A stretch of DNA of 64,000 nt from positions 80,538,001 through 80,602,000 of the forward strand of contig OX597819.1 of the NCBI GenBank assembly GCA_951406725.2, read 5' to 3'. The position numbers and the translations under genes are program-made. Positions 40,607 to 54,812 of the stretch are shown in pieces; the first letter of the stretch is position 1, and every line of letters begins with the position of its first letter. The notes below the pieces were generated by a model that worked only from the letters and a program-made list of their open reading frames with translations, ran no database searches and had not been told where the DNA came from. The DNA is from Octopus vulgaris (lineage: Eukaryota).

Positions 40607-41440
40607 AAGGCAGCGAGCTGGCAGAATCGTTAGCAACGTTGGGCAAAATACTTAGCGGCATTTCGTCTGTCTTTATGTTTTGAGTTCAAATTCCGCCAAG
40701 GTCGACTTAGCCTTTCATCCTCGATAATTAAGTACCAGCGAAACGCTACGGTCGATGTAATTGACAAGTCCCCTCCCTCAAAATTTCAGGCCTTGTGCCT
40801 TTAGTAGAAAGGATTATTAGAATTATTAGAGTAGAAGATTTGAGGTGACAGAATTGTTTCTGCATCGGAGAAAAATGGCTTAGCGGCATTTCGACCGTCT
40901 TTACGTTTTGAGTTCAAATTCTGCAGAGATCGATTGTTGACTTAATGCATCCATTAGAAACAGTTGTAATCATATTATCATTCTGTTTATCATTCCGTTA
41001 GTAACTACCCTCTGTATTACCCATACACTACTCTCTGACCGTTTGCCACTGCTGTTGCTTAGATTAAGTTACCATATGAGTTAGTGGTAAAGGCTTATTA
41101 GTCCAGAACAGAGCTATTAAATGAAGTTTAACGAAAATATATTTTTCTAAGCTTTTGCATTTGTGAATCGTTAGTTTGCTCATATTTTTCTAGCTACCTT
41201 TCGCATTGGTAACTTCGTTTGAATTACTATTATCTATCATTATGATGTATCATAATAAGGCAGCGAGCAGGCAGAATCGTTAGCACACCGGGCAGAATGC
41301 TTATCAGTATTTCGTCTGCCGCTACGGTCTGAGTTCAAATTCCGCCGTGGTCGACTTTGCCTTTTATCCTTTCCGGGTCGATTAAATAAGCACACTCCTT
41401 ATATAATTGTAGGCTTTGTGCCTATAGTAAAAAGGATTAT
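40607..41440 (+). mobile_element. cluster of Meta-domain-like SINE copies (40607-40815, 40840-40930, 41258-41440)
   Basis: Family head, B-box and core motifs. Confidence 0.8.
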
Positions 41441-41492
41441 GATATATCACAATTTCTAGTTTTAGTGTATCTCTACCATATATTTCTCTACC

Positions 41493-41795
41493 GTGAAAGC
41501 GCGTCGCTAAGCGGTTAAGATAATCGCTTCACGATCTTATGATCCTGAGTTCGATACCTGGCAGTTCATTGTTTTCTTGAGCAAGACACTTTATTTCACG
41601 TTGCTTCAGTCCATTCAGCTGGCAAAAATGAGTTTCAAAGGACCAGCCTTGTCACGTTGAATATCCCTGAGAACTACATTAAGGGTATACGTGTCTGTAG
41701 AATACTCAGCCACTTTCACGTTAATCCCTTGAGCAAGTTGTTCAGTTGATTGGATCAACTAGAACAGTCGTCGTCGTAACCGACGGAGTGCCAGT
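41493..41795 (+). mobile_element. CORE-like tRNA-SINE with CGTCGTAACCGACGGAGTGC tail
   Basis: Head as in 13253-13593, tail as in 43255-43430. Confidence 0.8.
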
Positions 41796-42037
41796 TATTT
41801 TTCTACTATACTTGTACCATATATTTAGTTTAGCAAATCTCTATCATATAAGGAATGTACTTAAGTTAATGTTTTTGTCTCTATAAGAAAATATTAATAT
41901 TGATATTAAATAATTGCATTCATATTTAATAAACCAAGTCAGTTGTTGCTTTTCGTCTGATCCTCAACGATCATAAACAACCGTTAATGACAGCGATGAA
42001 GTTTGAACAGAAATTGATCTAGGTGCAGCGAAATTTC

Positions 42038-42108
<71 letters not shown>

Positions 42109-42133
42109 AATGATAATAATAATAATAATAATT

Positions 42134-42685
42134 AATGAGATTATTGTATACAGTGCTCAGGTGCACCACAACTTGTCAAAAGTGCGTAGTAATGTACAAA
42201 TGTCTGGAAAGTGAACAGTGTATGAGTCAGATACATGCTTGCGTGTGTATGGAGGGGAGAAAATCAGGTGTAGTGTTGGCGAATCTCAGGAAGCTTGGAA
42301 GTTTTGAAGGATGCGGTGCTCCAACAGCTAACAACTGATGTTTGTTCCATACTTCAGCAACTCTTAGCATGAAAAAATGTTTCCGAAAGTCATGAGAGCT
42401 GTGCTGTTTTCTGACTTTGTAAACATGTCCACGGGTGTTAGACAGGTGGAATTTGAAAAGGTGCTCAAAGTTATTGTTAGTAAGATGGTTACTAATTTTA
42501 TGGGTATCTGCCAAGTCAGCTGCCAGACGTCGGAGTTTCAATTGTATCCATGCTTAGGGAAGTAAGGCGTTCAGAATATGGCAAATGCCTGATGGCGGGT
42601 ATTCTCTTAGTTGCATGTCGCTGAACGGTTTCCAGACGCTTAATATCCTGGGCAAGATAGGGGTTTCAGACCGGTGATGCAGTCA
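42134..42685 (-). mobile_element. CR1-clade LINE 3' fragment
   Basis: Peptide LRRLAADLADTHKI...NTRGHVYKVRK...RKHFFMLRVAEVWN is typical of CR1 ORF2 C-termini. The 3' end runs into (ATT)n. Confidence 0.85.
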
Positions 42686-43254
42686 TAAAGAATTTTTCAC
42701 TAAAAAACTACAATAAGAATCAATGGCTATTGAAAAGGTTGCAAGACGCAACGAAAATTTTAGAAAATTAAATTAGTAAATGAGGGTAAACTTTACCGGT
42801 GACTGTGTTAAATATTAAGGTACTAAAAGAGAATGACTCTTCCAAGACACAACAAAACTACAATATGAAGCTATCGTGCAATAATGTACACCACACCAGA
42901 AAGCGTTGCTGCATTTCACCTATTGCGATGCGTTGAAATGCTTTCAGTGCGACCTAGTTCATTGCAGAAAATATCTTTTAAATATAAAACAAAATATGAA
43001 TGTTGTAGACATTGTTTACTCCGTGGAATATTCACGGGTCGAGTTGGTTATTAATATTATTTTTTAACCTTTGTATACTACGTATATGTCCCTCCCATTC
43101 CATTTTATACTGTGTATACTGATTTTTCTTTTGCTATCATTTCATTATATGTAAACCCCTACACTTTATGTCTTGAATTAAATGAGACATAAAAATAATC
43201 GTCGAATTTATCACCACCATCATCATCACCATGATAAATACCACTGCATTATCT

Positions 43255-43638
43255 TGGAAGCACTCCGTCGGTTACGACGATGAGGGTTCCCGTTGATCCG
43301 AATCAACGGAACAGCCTGCTCGTGAAATTAACGTTTAAGTGGCTGAGCACTCCACAGACACGTGCACCCTTAACGTAGTTCTCGGGGATATTCAGCGTGA
43401 CACAGAGTAACAAGGCCGGCCCTTTGAAATACAGGTACAACAGAAACAGGAAGAAAGAGTGAGAGAAAGTTGTGGTGAAAGAGTACAGCAGGGATCACCA
43501 CCATCCCCTGCCGGAGCCTCGTGGAGCTTTAGGTGTTTTCGCTCAATAAACACTCACAACGCCCGGTCTGGGAATCGAAACCGCGATCCTATGACTGCGA
43601 GTCCGCTGCCCTAACCACTGGACCATTGTGCCTCCACT
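43255..43638 (-). mobile_element. full-length tRNA-SINE (OR-type head)
   Basis: A box TGGTCCAGTGG, B box GTTTCGATTCC. The head is shared with 47804-47995 and the tail with 41630-41795. Confidence 0.85.
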
Positions 43639-44097
43639 GCATTATTTACTGCTACCATTACATACACCACAATCAGCAACGTCATGTACGCCTACCTGAA
43701 CTATACACCTCCATGACGACAACTGCAACCATCCTCACCACCGCGCCTACCACTATCATTAGAGTTAATACACTTCATCCACCACCACTATCACCACAAA
43801 CATCTTCACTACCACTACCACTACCACTACAACAAATACACTTCTACCACCACAACCATCATCGCCACCACCATCATCCTCGCCTACATCTACTCCCACC
43901 ACCACAACCACCACCGTCACATACACAACAGCTACATCACCAGTACATACACCGCCATCACACAGAGCACCACCGCTTACTCCACTATGTACAGCCCCAC
44001 TAACATATTACATTATCACCAACACCACCAAAAAAGACCACCTTCACATACAACAGCACACAACCACCTCGAACACCAACACTCCCTCCATTCACAA

Positions 44098-44171
<74 letters not shown>

Positions 44172-44377
44172 TATCAAACACCACCACTACTACATACAAC
44201 ACCACCATCACAAGCACTATGTCCATCATTACCACCATCACATATAACTATATACATCCGAACAACTTAGAGCGCCTTCATCATATAGAACAATATCTAT
44301 ACCACCATCACTACCACCATCACAAGTACAAATATAACCCTATCACATACACGCCTACAGTGATATACATTATCGAT

Positions 44378-44563
44378 TTCAAATTTTGGTACAATGCCTG
44401 AAATTTCGGGAGAGGGAGCAGTCGACTATATCGACTCCAATGCTCACTTGGTACTTATTTTATTGGCCCCGAAAGGATGAAACGCAAAGTCGAGTGTAAA
44501 TACGGGCGAAATACTACCAAGTACTTTGTCCGGTGTTCTAACGATTCTGCCCGCTCACTGCGC

Positions 44564-44625
<62 letters not shown>

Positions 44626-45070
44626 TTAATCTTTTCTACTAAAAGCATAAGGCCTGAAATTTATTGGGACGGGGATAATCGATTACATCGACCCCAGTGT
44701 TTCACTGGTACTTCATTTATCGATCCTGAAAGGATGAAAGCAAACTCGACCTCAGCAGAATTTGAACGTAAAGACGGACGAAATGCCGCTAAGCATTTTT
44801 TTCGGCGTACTAACGGTTCTGCCATTTCGCCGTCTTAACGATGATAATAATATTAATGGTTTCAAATTTTGGCACAAGGCCTGCAATTTCGGGGAAGGGG
44901 TCAAGTTGATTACATTGACACCAGTGCTCCACTGGTACTTAATTTATCGACCCCGAAAGGATGAAAAGTAATGTCGATCTCGGCGGAATTTGAACTCAGA
45001 ACGTAAAGACGGGCGAAATACCGCTAAGCATTTCGCCCAGCGTGCTAACGATTCTGCCATCTCGCCGTCT
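44378..45070 (-). mobile_element. three co-oriented Meta-domain-like SINEs
   Basis: Copies at about 44378-44563, 44630-44836 and 44858-45070, separated by AAT-rich spacers. Confidence 0.85.
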
Positions 45071-45729
45071 TTCCGCCATGTCGCCACCAGATTATTTAAT
45101 TCGTACATGATGACAAAGGACATCACAAAGGAGAAGACACCACCACACAGAACATATCTAGCAACACCACAACCACCTCGATATGCAATGCCACCAAATG
45201 CGTCATCATCACCTCCATCACAGATTCTAACAACACCAAAAGCACCATATGGGTTGTCACCGCCACAAGTACAAACACGACCACACGCACGCACGCAAGC
45301 ACGCACACACTCACATACACACAAACAAAAGCCTCCTCATTTACTAACTGCATACAGCAACAACACATGCAGAAAACACCCCCCCCCCCAACAACAACAA
45401 CTACACATCATTGCATTCAGAAAACACCACCACCACTATCATTACTACTACAGCTATGAACCAAGAACATTATAAGTTTATCAATCTACAACCAAGTGAC
45501 AGGAGACAATACCGCCTTAAGTCCAACATTCATATTGATAATCAATCCAGCTCTAATTCATCATTATCATTACACTCTCTCTCCCTCTCTTTCCTCTTCT
45601 CTCTCCCCCCTTTCTCTCCACCCCTCACTTCCTTTTCTTTTTGGCTCTCTTTTTCTTTATTTACACTGCTTTATAGTCTTGTCCATCTCTTTTCTCTAAT
45701 AATATGGCAGAAGATATCAAAACTTATTT

Positions 45730-45941
<212 letters not shown>

Positions 45942-46031
45942 ATGTATATATATATATATATATATATGTATATGTATATATAATGTATATATATATATAT
46001 GTATGTATGTATGTAAAGATATATATATATA

Positions 46032-46076
<45 letters not shown>

Positions 46077-46200
46077 CAGATAGATATACATGAAAACAGA
46101 AATATATATATACACATATACTCATACATGTATATAAATGTGTGTATATAAATATATGTATATATATAAACACATATATAACATACATATATGTATATAA

Positions 46201-46243
<43 letters not shown>

Positions 46244-46289
46244 GTAATGTACATACATACATGCATACATACATACATACATACATACA

Positions 46290-46320
<31 letters not shown>

Positions 46321-46618
46321 CTAGATATATATGTCCATGTATAAAATTAATGTAGAATCATATCGTTTATTCCATTTTCTCATTTTTCTGTGATTTTTGC
46401 GATGCCTTTATTTGGTTCACCATTTTTCATTCATATTTTTTTTTGTTATATAATCATTTTCGATTTTTGCTTTTATTTTTGATTTTCGTTTTGATTTTGG
46501 TTGGAGTGTATTTATTTCATTAATTTTTTCTTAAATTTTTTCCCCCTAATTTCTGTTTGGCACTTTCATCGTTCTTGTTCTTTCCTTACTCTTCTTTTTA
46601 CCTTTTACCATATTTCTT

Positions 46619-46682
<64 letters not shown>

Positions 46683-47062
46683 CTAATGTGTGCTTGTATG
46701 CAACTGTGTATAAACATATATATGTCCTACAAATATGTGTGTATATTGATGTACATACATATATCTTCACATGCATTATACACACGCACACACATATTTA
46801 AGTCTACATATGTTTACATTTTTGCATTTACATATTTATCTGTGTGCGCTGTGCGTATGTGTCTATGAATGTGTATGCATGTATGTACCTCTTATGTTTG
46901 GTTTGTTATTATAAACTTTTATATATTCTCATCTTTTAATATAAATCTTTGTTTTACTCCTTAATGATGTGGAGGTACGTATGACTGATTTTGTGTGAAA
47001 AAGAAGAATTTTCCCTCTCCCTCTCTTTCTCTCTTACTCTCTCTTTTCCTACATATATATAC

Positions 47063-47123
<61 letters not shown>

Positions 47124-47124
47124 A

Positions 47125-47195
<71 letters not shown>

Positions 47196-47607
47196 CTTAT
47201 ACACATACACGTATACATATGTCTATATCTTTTTTATCTTTGTCGTTTTTAGTTGATTTTCTTTGCAGTTTTGTTCTTCTTTGCAGTTGATGTGTTGGCT
47301 AAATATTTCGCAAAAACACTTTTAATCGGCCCTCCAAGCAGATTCCGTTAGAGACTTTCTGCAAATTGATGTGTTCAATGTGGTACAGCTGCAAATATTT
47401 TTACTCAGCCGTTTCTTTTATCAATCATATTCACATGAGTTGGGCAGGATTTTCTCATAGTTTCGGCGAATCATATTTCTTAACTCTATCAACATCGCCA
47501 TCGTCAATATCGTTAGCATTGTCATCATCATAATCGATGTCATCATCCTCATCATGGTCGTCGTCGTCGTCGTCATTATCATCGTCATCATCATCATCAT
47601 CATCATT

Positions 47608-47662
<55 letters not shown>

Positions 47663-47803
47663 CCCGCAGCAGTAGCAACTTCAACTTCATCGTCACTGCA
47701 ATCCACGTCTCCACCAGCACCAGCACCACCATCATCACCACCAACACAACCACCACCACCATCACTTGACATCGTCGTCATGAACATCGGCAGCAGCACC
47801 ATC

Positions 47804-47998
47804 AGTGGAGGTGCAATGGCCCAGTGGTTAGGGCAGCGGACTCGCGATCGTAAGAACGCGGTTTCGATTCCCAGACCTGGCATAGTGGGTGTTTATTGAG
47901 CAAAAACACCTAAGCTCCACGATGTTCCGGCGGGGGAGATGGTGAACCCCGCTGTACTCTTTCACCACAACTTTCTCTCGCTCTTTCTTCCTACTTCT
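47804..47998 (+). mobile_element. tRNA-SINE (OR-type head), 3'-truncated
   Basis: GTGGAGGTGCAATGGCCCAGTGGTTAGGGCAGCGGACTC matches the head of 43255-43638. Confidence 0.85.
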
Positions 47999-48290
47999 GA
48001 CACAAAGCAGAGGAACCATGGTGTAACCCACCATGGTGTGGTAAACTTTCAGACCCTAGTCTAGATTGCGAATCCACTGTACTCCAGGATGATTCAGCTC
48101 TCCACCCGTTAAAACAAGCCACCGTTTACGGAATGAAGATAAACAACGTAGCTTTCGCGCCCGTGCAACTGCCAGTCTATCGCATGTGGTGGGTGGATCT
48201 TTAAGTTGCCGCACGCATTCTTAGTAGCTTAGAGTAGGCTCGAATTAGAGATTACTCTTTGTGGCTAATGGCGTCAGTCCTGATTGGATT

Positions 48291-48396
48291 GGAAGAAGAA
48301 GAAGAAGAAGAAGAAGAAGAAGAAGAAGAAGAAGAAGAAGAAGAAGAAGAAGAAGAAGAAGAAGAAGAAGAAGAAGAAGAAAGAAAGAAAGAATGA

Positions 48397-48427
<31 letters not shown>

Positions 48428-48494
48428 GAAGAAAGGAAGAAAGAAAGAAAGAATGAAAGAAAGAAAGAAAGAAAGAAAGAAAGGAAGAAAGGAA

Positions 48495-48543
<49 letters not shown>

Positions 48544-48546
48544 AGC
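48291..48546. repeat. (GAA)n grading into (GAAA)n polypurine tract
   Basis: Direct inspection. Confidence 0.95.
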
Positions 48547-49267
48547 AGCACCAGCAACTACGTTATCGTCATTGTCGTCATCACTTATACGACCAACACC
48601 ACCATTATCTGCAGTCAACGCTAACACCGCCATCATACAACGAACATACGTGGTCATTCGCTCTGCTAAAAGTAACAGCTAATCTCAATTCACATTTGAC
48701 TAGCTTCCACATAGTTTCCGTCATGAGTAAGTCCGGAGCTAATAAAAGACTGTTGCTCACGGTGCCATACTGTGAGGCTGAACCCGAAAACGGATGGTTG
48801 CAAAGCGAGTATCTTAACCACACAGCCATGTCTAAAAAAACTCTACTTATTTCTTGTCCGGACAGAACCTTTCGAAAAGAATCGTTATTTCACACAGGAC
48901 TTTGTAAAAAAAACCCACTATTTCATTTAGGTCATTTTTCATCAGCGTACTCAGTAGGAATGACCATACGTAAAACTTCTTACGACCATGTATGCAAGTG
49001 ACTTTTAGTTTCAAACAAGGATGGCCGTTACGTAGAACCAGATGCGGCGGAGGTGAGGAAGGGCGTGTTTTGGATACACTGATGCAAAATTATAAGATTT
49101 AAACACCGCTAAAAAGAACTCCCATGGTATTTTGAAAATACAAAATCACAGAATGTAAAATAATCCTTTGTCCATTTGTAAAGTATGTGGCAGAATTAGA
49201 ATTTGAGACATTGAAAAAAATCACGCATCGCAAAATGGAAGTATGAAAATATTTATCATATATATAC

Positions 49268-49298
<31 letters not shown>

Positions 49299-49324
49299 TG
49301 TATGTATGTATGTATGTATGTATG

Positions 49325-49450
49325 TATGAGGGGATGCTGAAAAGTTCCTAGCTTTGGATAAAAAAAACAGGAGTGTCAGTTAATTATGATTTTATTCAAC
49401 ACACCTTCTCAAAATTCGCACTTTTTTGCGGCGGTCCTTCAGTCTTTCAG
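49325..49450 (-). mobile_element. right terminus of a mariner element
   Basis: TIR-like TATGAGGGGATGCTGAAAAGTTCC. The minus strand GTGTTGAATAAAAT resembles the ..YVE* end of mariner transposases. Confidence 0.6.
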
Positions 49451-49534
49451 TTATCATCACCATCACTACTACCACCACCACAATATTCATCAGCACCACC
49501 ATTATTCATACCACCATTATATATAACACTACAA

Positions 49535-49565
<31 letters not shown>

Positions 49566-51619
49566 CATCACCACCACTGCAATTATAATCGCCACTGTCA
49601 TCATCATCATCATTAACTCTTTCAACATTACCACATGCACCATCACCATCACCACTATTACCACCACCACACTGTAATCACTACACCACCACCTTCATCA
49701 TTACCACCATCATCACCGCCTCCATCACCACAACCTTCGCTCCTACTACCACCACCATGACCACCATCACTACCACCACCATCAACATCATTTCTGTGAA
49801 TCGTATTCAGTAAAACCGTCAGCTGTTACGCAATGAACATCATCACCAATCTTCATCGCTATCATCATCACAAACCAATTCTAAAGTAATCTACCAATTC
49901 TATTTGATTAACAACTTCAATCAAAATTCTGGAACTTTTTTCCTCGGTTTGGTTAAATACATTTTCCTTGATACTATTGTTCTTGTTACTATTGCTGTCA
50001 TGCTTAGTTTTCATCTTGTAGCTCTTCTCGCTTTTACCGATGATGTGATTCTTCTAATAATTGCATCGTTTCCGTTTGTTTTTTGTGGAGGGTTTTTTAG
50101 GATGACAGCTGTGTGTGTGTGCGTGTGTAGACCTAAATTGATAGATAGACAGACAGATAGATGTAAATATGTTCCTGTACATAGATATATATAGTTATAT
50201 ATGTAAGCACAAGATTAAAAAATCAACGCAAGTCATTGATCTTGTAGGCACTTACATTATTTTTGGGATCGAATCCTGACTTCCTAAATTAGGGAAACGG
50301 GTCTATATACGGCTGATGTTCTGCTCTTGGTAGAAAACTTTTGTAAAGTGGAATTGGAAAGACATAGGAATAAGTAATTTTAATATTTTAAAAATTCAAC
50401 GTCATCTATAATTATAGTTGTGTGTGTGTATACATGATGTATGTATGTATGTATGTATGTATGTATGTATGTATGTATGTATGTATGTATGTAGGTAGGT
50501 AGGTAGGTAGGTACGTAGGTAGATAGGTAGATAGGTAGGTAGGTAGGTAGGTATGTAGGTAGGTAGGTAGGTAGGTAGGTAGGTAGGTAGGTAAATAGGT
50601 AGGTAGGTAGGTAGGTAGGTAGGTAAGTAGGTAGGTAGGTAGGTAGGTAGGTAGGTAGGTAGGTAGGTAGGTAGGTAGGTAGGTAGGTAGGTAGGTCGAT
50701 AGATCCCTTCTATTTTTAATCATTTAAATTCTTTGAAGAAGTTCCACTTTTCGAATGTAAATAACGAAAACAACGTCACATTTTAAACTTGAGAAAAGTC
50801 TTTCATAGTTTTACTGTTCCTCTTACAAATTGTATTTGTAAAATGCAAATCGGTTGATTTTTTTTCTGAAAATCTGAACTTATCCAAACTGACAGTTAGG
50901 CATTTACTTACAAAACCAACTGTTCCCATTATCATTGTAAATTTGTATATATGTATGTATATAGTAAAAATGCCTTTTTTGATGTGCATAGAAGTGGAAA
51001 ACATTAACTGATAAAGATATTCAATTCAGCTGTAAAATCTTATATTTATGAGCGGAATGGTGGTGACTTCGAAGTCTTGACAGGTATCTAGCTTATTCAA
51101 ACTGTTTTAATAAACCACCCGACAAAACTTCACATCCACTGCCAATAATATCAATGTACTTACACATATGTGTGTGCATGTGTGCGTGCTCGCGCGTGTG
51201 TGTGAGCGTCGCTTGCATGCATGTGTGAGTGGCTGTAAGCATTTGGATGTACAAACGTGAAGAGATAGCATTCTTTGCATGTAGTAACTATTCTTTGTGT
51301 GTGTATTTGTATATGACTGTACGCATGTATGTGCGTATGTATGTATGTGTGTATGTGTGTGTGTGCATATGTGTGTGTGTGTGTACGTGTAGCGCTGAGA
51401 TTCATTTCTTGGTAGAAGAAATGTGTCCCTACTCTTCATATTTTCGAGATTCTTCCATTTTCTACTGTTTTATTCACGTTGAGATTGCTATCGCATCTTT
51501 AATTAATAAATTTTTAATTTCATATTATGAACAACCATTTAAAGATACCTTGTTTTGATTAAGATTAGTTGTATTTGTGTAGCATTATATCACTCCTGTA
51601 TTCGATTCATATCATAGAT

Positions 51620-52310
51620 CATCAGTTGGGAATCTGCAAATGATTTAATGAGCCTCAGGAATACAGAATTAACATCCAGATGTTCAGGAACTGTTCAAGA
51701 ACGTGCAATAAAACAAATACCCGCCGTCAGCCATCTACCATACTCTGAATGTTTTGCTTCACTGGGAATGTGTACATTGAAACTCAGACGTCTGGTAACT
51801 GACTTGGTAGACACCCACAAGATTATCAACTATCTTTCCAACAACATTGGGCACCTTTTTGAATTCCATATGACAAACACTCGTGGACATGGTCAGAAAA
51901 TCAAAAATCTCCACACCATCCATGATTTTCTGAAACATTTTTTCACGCTCAGAATTGTTGAAGCATGGAATAAACTACCCGCATCAGTCGTTAGCTGTCG
52001 TGACACTACATCCGACAAAACTTTCATGCTTAAATCCGCCTACAGTACACCTGATGGCAATTTTCTTTCTTGGTTGTAGTGTACCTGAGCACTATATACA
52101 ACAATTTCTTCCATATTTTTGTATTATTGTGTTTATATCGACGGATTTGGTGGTGTGTCGTGTTTTTGAGCCAAATACTTTATTTCAAGCTGCTCTGCGG
52201 TCACTTCGACATCTAACGTGTGGTACAACGCACACCTGCTCAAGTCGATTTGATAGAGACAGTCCCCTAAAGTACTGCACCAACATTTGATCTCAATAAA
52301 CAAATAAATC
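51620..52310 (+). mobile_element. CR1-clade LINE 3' fragment
   Basis: ORF 51648-52079 contains VQERAIKQIP..LPYSE..LKLRRLVTDL..NTRGH..FFTLRIVEAWNKLP and is homologous to 42134-42685. Confidence 0.88.
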
Positions 52311-53138
52311 ACCTGTGCAAGTTTTTCAACAAGACATTACAGAACCCTCGTGTGTCGTGTATGACATATGACATGTAAGCCACGGTGTGTGTATGTATGT
52401 GTGCATGCATGCTTGAGTGTGTGTGTGTGTGTGTGTGTGTGTGCTAGAAAGCCTCGTTGTGGGTGTAATAAGACTGTAAACACGTACTAACAATGTTTGC
52501 TAGAAATATCAACGAAACCTCTTATCAGACGATGTAGCTAAGGTAGTTACCGATATACAAAGAGGTAGGGTGATAACCATTGGAGTGCCTTTGATTATGA
52601 GCCAACTTGATCAGGGCAAGCATGAAGCTAAGCAACAATAACAAGAAAAAAAACAGCAACAAGGAAAGAAGAAGGTATTGGTGGCAATGATGATAATGAT
52701 GATGAAGAAGAGTAGGAAGAGACAGAAGACGGAAAAGATGAGGCAGATGGGGTGAAGATAAAAATTTAGATGAAAATAAGTCGTCGCTGTGGTGGTGGTG
52801 GTGGTGGTGGTGGTGGTGGCGGCGGCGGCGGTGGCGGTTGTGGTGATGTTTGTGTGCCGGTGGCGATGGTTGTGTGGCGGCGGCGATGGAGGTGTGGCAG
52901 CGGCGATGATGTTGTGGCAGGTGGTGGCCTCGGTGGTGGCGGCCGCGGTGGTGGTGGTGACAATAGCATTTGTTGGATGGAATAAGAAAATAGATCAACA
53001 GTGAAATAATTTGGTGAAGTATGAGCAAAAAATAATAAAGAAGAGAATAAGGTAGGTAAAGAATGAAAGAAGGGATGTAAATGGGGAAAAGAAAAGAGAA
53101 AGAAAACAGTAAAAGCAGAGAAAAAAGATAGATAGAAG

Positions 53139-53212
<74 letters not shown>

Positions 53213-53266
53213 GTGAGAGAGAGAGAGAGAGAGGGATGGAGAGATTGATAGATAGTTAGATAGATA

Positions 53267-54353
53267 TGTTTCTTTATTAGCCACACAGGGCTGCACACAG
53301 ATAGAACAAATTACAAGGTAGAGCTTTTCTTTTGAAGGTTTAAGAAAAAAAAAAAAAAAAAAGGAAGGGGGAGTTTCGATCAAAAGGGATCGTAAAAGGA
53401 GAGAAAGAGGACAAAAAAAAGGGGGTTTAAAAAAAAGGGGGGAGGAAAAAAAATTGATCAATAGGGATCGTTATCACAGAAATGTCAATATGAAGTGTAA
53501 AGGGGAGGACAGGTGAGGTTTACCCGTGCAAAGAAAAGCCTACGGAAAAGACCACGGTAACCTCGGTCAATGATGTCACATTTTATATTTCTTTTTTTTT
53601 TTTTTTGCAAATAAGCAACTCTCTGTTTTCGATTTCTGGGTTCATAGGACTATGCTCAAGGTGGCTTCGTCATTCATACGTGCCATTCTTGCTACATTCA
53701 CCCATCTTTTTTTAAAACATTCGCTAGACAAAACTTGCCTCTCTACTCTCACTTTCCTTTTCAAGTGGTACTTGAAGAAGTTGATGAGAGATTGACCAGA
53801 GAGGAAAGTGTTTGTCTCCAATCCTTTCAGACGCGTCCACCAGATACATTCTTTCGCCATAGCCACAAGGATGATGAAAATAGCTCTTCCTTCCCGTTTG
53901 AAGGAAGGAGGCGTGACAATATTGACGATAGACTCAGCTGATAAACCGACTCGTCCCACACGTGACAGCAGTTGTTCGACATAAGCCCACAGGTCGGAAA
54001 TTGTTGGACACTGAACGAGTGCGTGCAGAACGGTTTCGCCGCTCTGACCGCATCTCGGGCAGGTCGGCCCCGTGTTTCTCGAGCCGTGTCTGTAGAGCTT
54101 ATCCCGAACGGGTAGCGCTTCTCGGTAGCACTGCCAGGCCAGGGATCTCTGGAAGTTGTCCATGGGCCCTGGCCCGAAAGTCGTCCTGAACAGGCGGGTC
54201 AGGTACTCCTCGTCGACGTCCAGGTTCGCCCCGAGCTCGTCGTCGTACCTCCCTCCACTAAACCCCTATAGAATGCTTTGGTTGTGTTGAAGTCACTTAA
54301 GGTCGACCCAGGACGGCAGAGTTGCTTGAGAGCAACGCGACACTCGCGGAGCC
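53267..54353 (-). mobile_element. 5'-truncated L1/Tx1-type LINE with zf-RVT-like zinc finger, inserted in (GATA)n
   Basis: ORF 53642-54163 contains ALPVRDKL...CPRCGQSGETVLHALVQCP...W. There is a frameshift near 54255. The 3' UTR ends AATAAAGAAACA, and GATA repeats lie on both flanks. Confidence 0.88.

Positions 54354-54812
<459 letters not shown>

Noticed and set aside
46960-46985. Recursive splice site (AG|GTACGT)
   Set aside because: The acceptor is GAG rather than YAG, and the pyrimidine tract is not adjacent.
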